Shown: piece by piece, positions 61,877 to 64,000 of the stretch | Layout of the letters: every line of letters begins with the position of its first letter | How positions within the stretch are numbered: the first letter of the stretch is position 1 | Program-made: the position numbers and the translations under genes | DNA from: a virus | Lineage: Duplodnaviria > Caudoviricetes | IMG/VR virus record: IMGVR_UViG_3300028603_000025 | Location: 34,936 to 98,935 of that record | DNA: 64,000 bases | Direction: 5' to 3' (one strand) | The notes under the pieces: generated by a model | What the model was told of the DNA's origin: nothing | The model's input: the letters and a program-made list of their open reading frames with translations, nothing else | Database searches by the model: none

Positions 61877-62487
61877 GCGGCAAGAACTTCTTGGAAAAGC
61901 TGTTAGATGGTGCTGAAGTTGAATGGCTGCCATTAGGGGATATCACGAAATATGAACAGCCAACCAAATACCTAGTGGCGATCAAAAGCTACAGCGACGA
62001 ATTTGATACGCCTGTGCTTACGGCGGGAAAGACCTTTGTTCTTGGCTATACGGATGAAGTCGACGGCATATACAAGGCGTCAGAAAGCCCCGTAATCATT
62101 TTTGATGATTTCACGACCGCCAATAAATGGGTTGATTTTGATTTCAAGGTCAAATCTTCGGCCATGAAGATGATCACATCAAAAGATGAAGGCAAGGTGC
62201 TACTTAAATATATCTATTATTGGTTGAACACACTGCCAAGCGATTTTGTCGATGGTGACCACAAGCGCCAGTGGATCGGTAACTATACGAGTAAAAAAGT
62301 CCCTATCCCCTGTCCGGATAATCCGAAAAAATCGCTTGAAATCCAGGCAGAAATCGTCCGTATACTGGATAGCTTCACCGAGCTGACCGCCGAGCTGACC
62401 GCCGAGCTGACCGCCCGCAAGAAACAATACGAGTATTACCGCAATCTGTTGCTGAGCTTCCCGAAACCGGAAGGGGCAGGGGCGTAG
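61873..62487 (+). CDS. hsdS: half-size (single TRD) type IC specificity subunit
   Basis: Same conserved N-terminal and TAEL regions as the full hsdS, one different TRD, and its own C-terminal LLSFPKP. Confidence 0.92.
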   Translation: MSGKNFLEKLLDGAEVEWLPLGDITKYEQPTKYLVAIKSYSDEFDTPVLTAGKTFVLGYTDEVDGIYKASESPVIIFDDFTTANKWVDFDFKVKSSAMKMITSKDEGKVLLKYIYYWLNTLPSDFVDGDHKRQWIGNYTSKKVPIPCPDNPKKSLEIQAEIVRILDSFTELTAELTAELTARKKQYEYYRNLLLSFPKPEGAGA

Positions 62488-62488
62488 C

Positions 62489-62530
62489 ATGGGAAAGACG
62501 CTCGAAGAAATTGCCCGGCAGCTGAGCACG
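62489..62530 (+). pseudogene. N-terminal stub of a PrrC-like anticodon nuclease gene
   Basis: MGKTLEEIARQL directly after hsdS resembles PrrC-family N-termini; the following YAFNGTGKT P-loop is absent. Confidence 0.5.
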
Positions 62531-62778
62531 CCAAAGCTCGTTCAAAGAACGGTCCCGGAAACGACGAAGGTCATGCGGGAATTATCTCGCATAATGAAGC
62601 AATGGAGTACTACCACTATGTTCCTTATCATGACCATTTGGAGGCATCATTGCGTCAATTGAGGGGGCTCTTCCTGGAGGACGAACTCCCAGATAACTTT
62701 ATGCTTTAAGAAGACTTAAGCAGGCGCATGCATGATAGTGATTAATTTGATTGATTTATAAATGATAGGAGAAATGAG

Positions 62779-62961
62779 ATGGTAAATGCTAAAGCACACG
62801 TGACTTACTTTCCCATGGAAGCTAAATATGGGATATCCTTGTGGCATGGTGACACTATGGTTGCTATAGATTACACCTTGTATGATACCAAATGGGATGC
62901 GCTGGCGGCGAGCAATGACCTTAGAAAGAAGGTGTTTCAGGAGAATCAAAATGATAATTGA
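62779..62961 (+). CDS. hypothetical protein
   Basis: AGGAG RBS. Confidence 0.5.
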   Translation: MVNAKAHVTYFPMEAKYGISLWHGDTMVAIDYTLYDTKWDALAASNDLRKKVFQENQNDN

Positions 62962-63256
62962 GCGAGTAAGCGTTGATAGGTTTAAAGCAGCTTTCCATGA
63001 AAAAGGTTGCGATAATCAATTTACGGACAAAGGGTTGAAAATCATATACAAGCATATGATTTATTTAAGCGACGTGATAGGTGAGAATCTGATGCTGGAT
63101 GTCATGGACATTTGCTGTAACTATACTGAGAAATCAATGAGTGATTTTGCCGAAGAGCACGGAATGGCCGAAGATGAAATATTTGAAAATTTTCCGATCT
63201 GCGGGAGCTATGAAAACGAGCAAGGGTTAACAGTGTATGTCTTCGAGCATTCTTGA
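62951..63256 (+). CDS. hypothetical protein
   Basis: AGGAG RBS; F..AF...NQFT.KGL...Y.H...LDV.DICC.YTE pattern. Confidence 0.65.
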   Translation: MIIERVSVDRFKAAFHEKGCDNQFTDKGLKIIYKHMIYLSDVIGENLMLDVMDICCNYTEKSMSDFAEEHGMAEDEIFENFPICGSYENEQGLTVYVFEHS

Positions 63257-63268
63257 TAAGAGGATGAA

Positions 63269-63676
63269 ATGATGAAACCTAAAACTTTAGCTGATGTCGG
63301 TTACGTGTCGAATCACAGAACGTTCATTCGACATCTTCCTCCCGAGAACATTCCTCAGTTCGTATCGGAAACTGGTTACCAAGGCGAGGTCGATTTCATT
63401 TCGAGATTCTTTGAGATTTACAACAGTAAGTCACATATCAGTCTCCGGGATTCTATCATTAGAGATACCAGTCTCCGGGATTCTATCATTAGAGATACCC
63501 CGGCATCTTCTACCCAAGACGACGCCACTTACTGGTATTCCCTTACGCAGCGTGTAGAAAGACTGGCGTGTAAAGCAAACCCGATAGAAAGCGTTATTCT
63601 ACTTAAAGGATTTGACCAGATTATCGGAATAAAGGATTTTGTTTTTAAATTGATTGAAGAAGGAAAGGTGGGATGA
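63269..63676 (+). CDS. hypothetical protein with an internal 30-bp tandem repeat
   Basis: SLRDSIIRDT twice (63439-63498). Confidence 0.6.
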   Translation: MMKPKTLADVGYVSNHRTFIRHLPPENIPQFVSETGYQGEVDFISRFFEIYNSKSHISLRDSIIRDTSLRDSIIRDTPASSTQDDATYWYSLTQRVERLACKANPIESVILLKGFDQIIGIKDFVFKLIEEGKVG

Positions 63677-63784
63677 TTGACGAATCTGGTACTATGGGGG
63701 GTATTAATTTTGTCTAAAGTATTCGAACAGGTTATTCGGATTAGAGATTTTACAAATAACCTGTTCGAGATAGATTAGTTAGGA

Positions 63785-64000
63785 TTAGTCTTCAATGTCG
63801 TCTATCGTGGGAATGAAATCGGACCAACTGTCTGAGCGAATACATTTGTAGACTGAGTTTAAGGAATGAATTCCTCGGTTATCGTTCTTGTTATATTCTT
63901 TCTCGATAGAGAAGAGAGCTAGGGAATGAGAACCTCCTCCGGATATTCCTGACCATGTTCCCGGAACCTGAACCGGACTTAACCTTTCTGTGGTCGTTCC
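63785..64000 (-). CDS. C-terminal end of a second RCC1-repeat protein (partial, runs off the window)
   Basis: The minus strand translates as GTTTERLSPVQVPGTWSGISGGGSHSLAL...WSDFIPTIDDIED*. Confidence 0.8.
   Translation of the reverse strand, partial: GTTTERLSPVQVPGTWSGISGGGSHSLALFSIEKEYNKNDNRGIHSLNSVYKCIRSDSWSDFIPTIDDIED

Noticed and set aside
1-64000. Alternative genetic code (stop reassignment)
   Set aside because: Conserved genes are full length in code 11, and TAA, TAG and TGA all end conserved genes at expected positions
1-64000. CRISPR array, tRNA or rRNA genes
   Set aside because: I saw no regularly spaced repeat-spacer series or cloverleaf/rRNA signatures by eye; the 36-bp repeat at 35731/35822 has only two copies. 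A covariance search could still find small RNAs

Overview
This window is 64 kb of a large T4-like myovirus genome, roughly 40% GC by eye. The PEP-CTERM gene, sigma70 promoters and a GC-rich captured hsd cassette suggest a proteobacterial host. The + strand carries the replication block (dsbA, gp45, gp44, gp62, regA, gp43, uvsX, gp41, nrdA, nrdB), interleaved with an ADP-heptose/glycosyltransferase cluster, then accessory genes, gp14, a short gp5, an o-spanin and DNA ligase. The - strand carries the head/tail block (gp18, gp19, gp20, gp67, gp21, gp22, gp23), a GH19 endolysin and PhoH. The window is rich in inteins and mobile endonucleases: a split intein fractures uvsX around a Vsr-like endonuclease, gp41 has a mini-intein, and NrdA and a metallophosphoesterase have LAGLIDADG inteins. 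There are also two Hef-like free-standing endonucleases, an intact orphan TnpB and several IS605/IS607 remnants. The most unusual observations are: (1) a free-standing, extein-less paralog of the NrdA intein with all recognisable splicing and nuclease catalytic residues replaced but an intact ORF (33206-34030), a candidate domesticated intein; (2) the fractured uvsX; (3) a nucleotide-heptose pathway with three glycosyltransferases inside the replisome operon; (4) a captured type IC hsdM-hsdS-half-hsdS cassette cut off at the first codons of a prrC-like gene, with no hsdR in the window; (5) a phage-encoded PEP-CTERM surface protein. All calls come from motif recognition by eye; no database searches were run.
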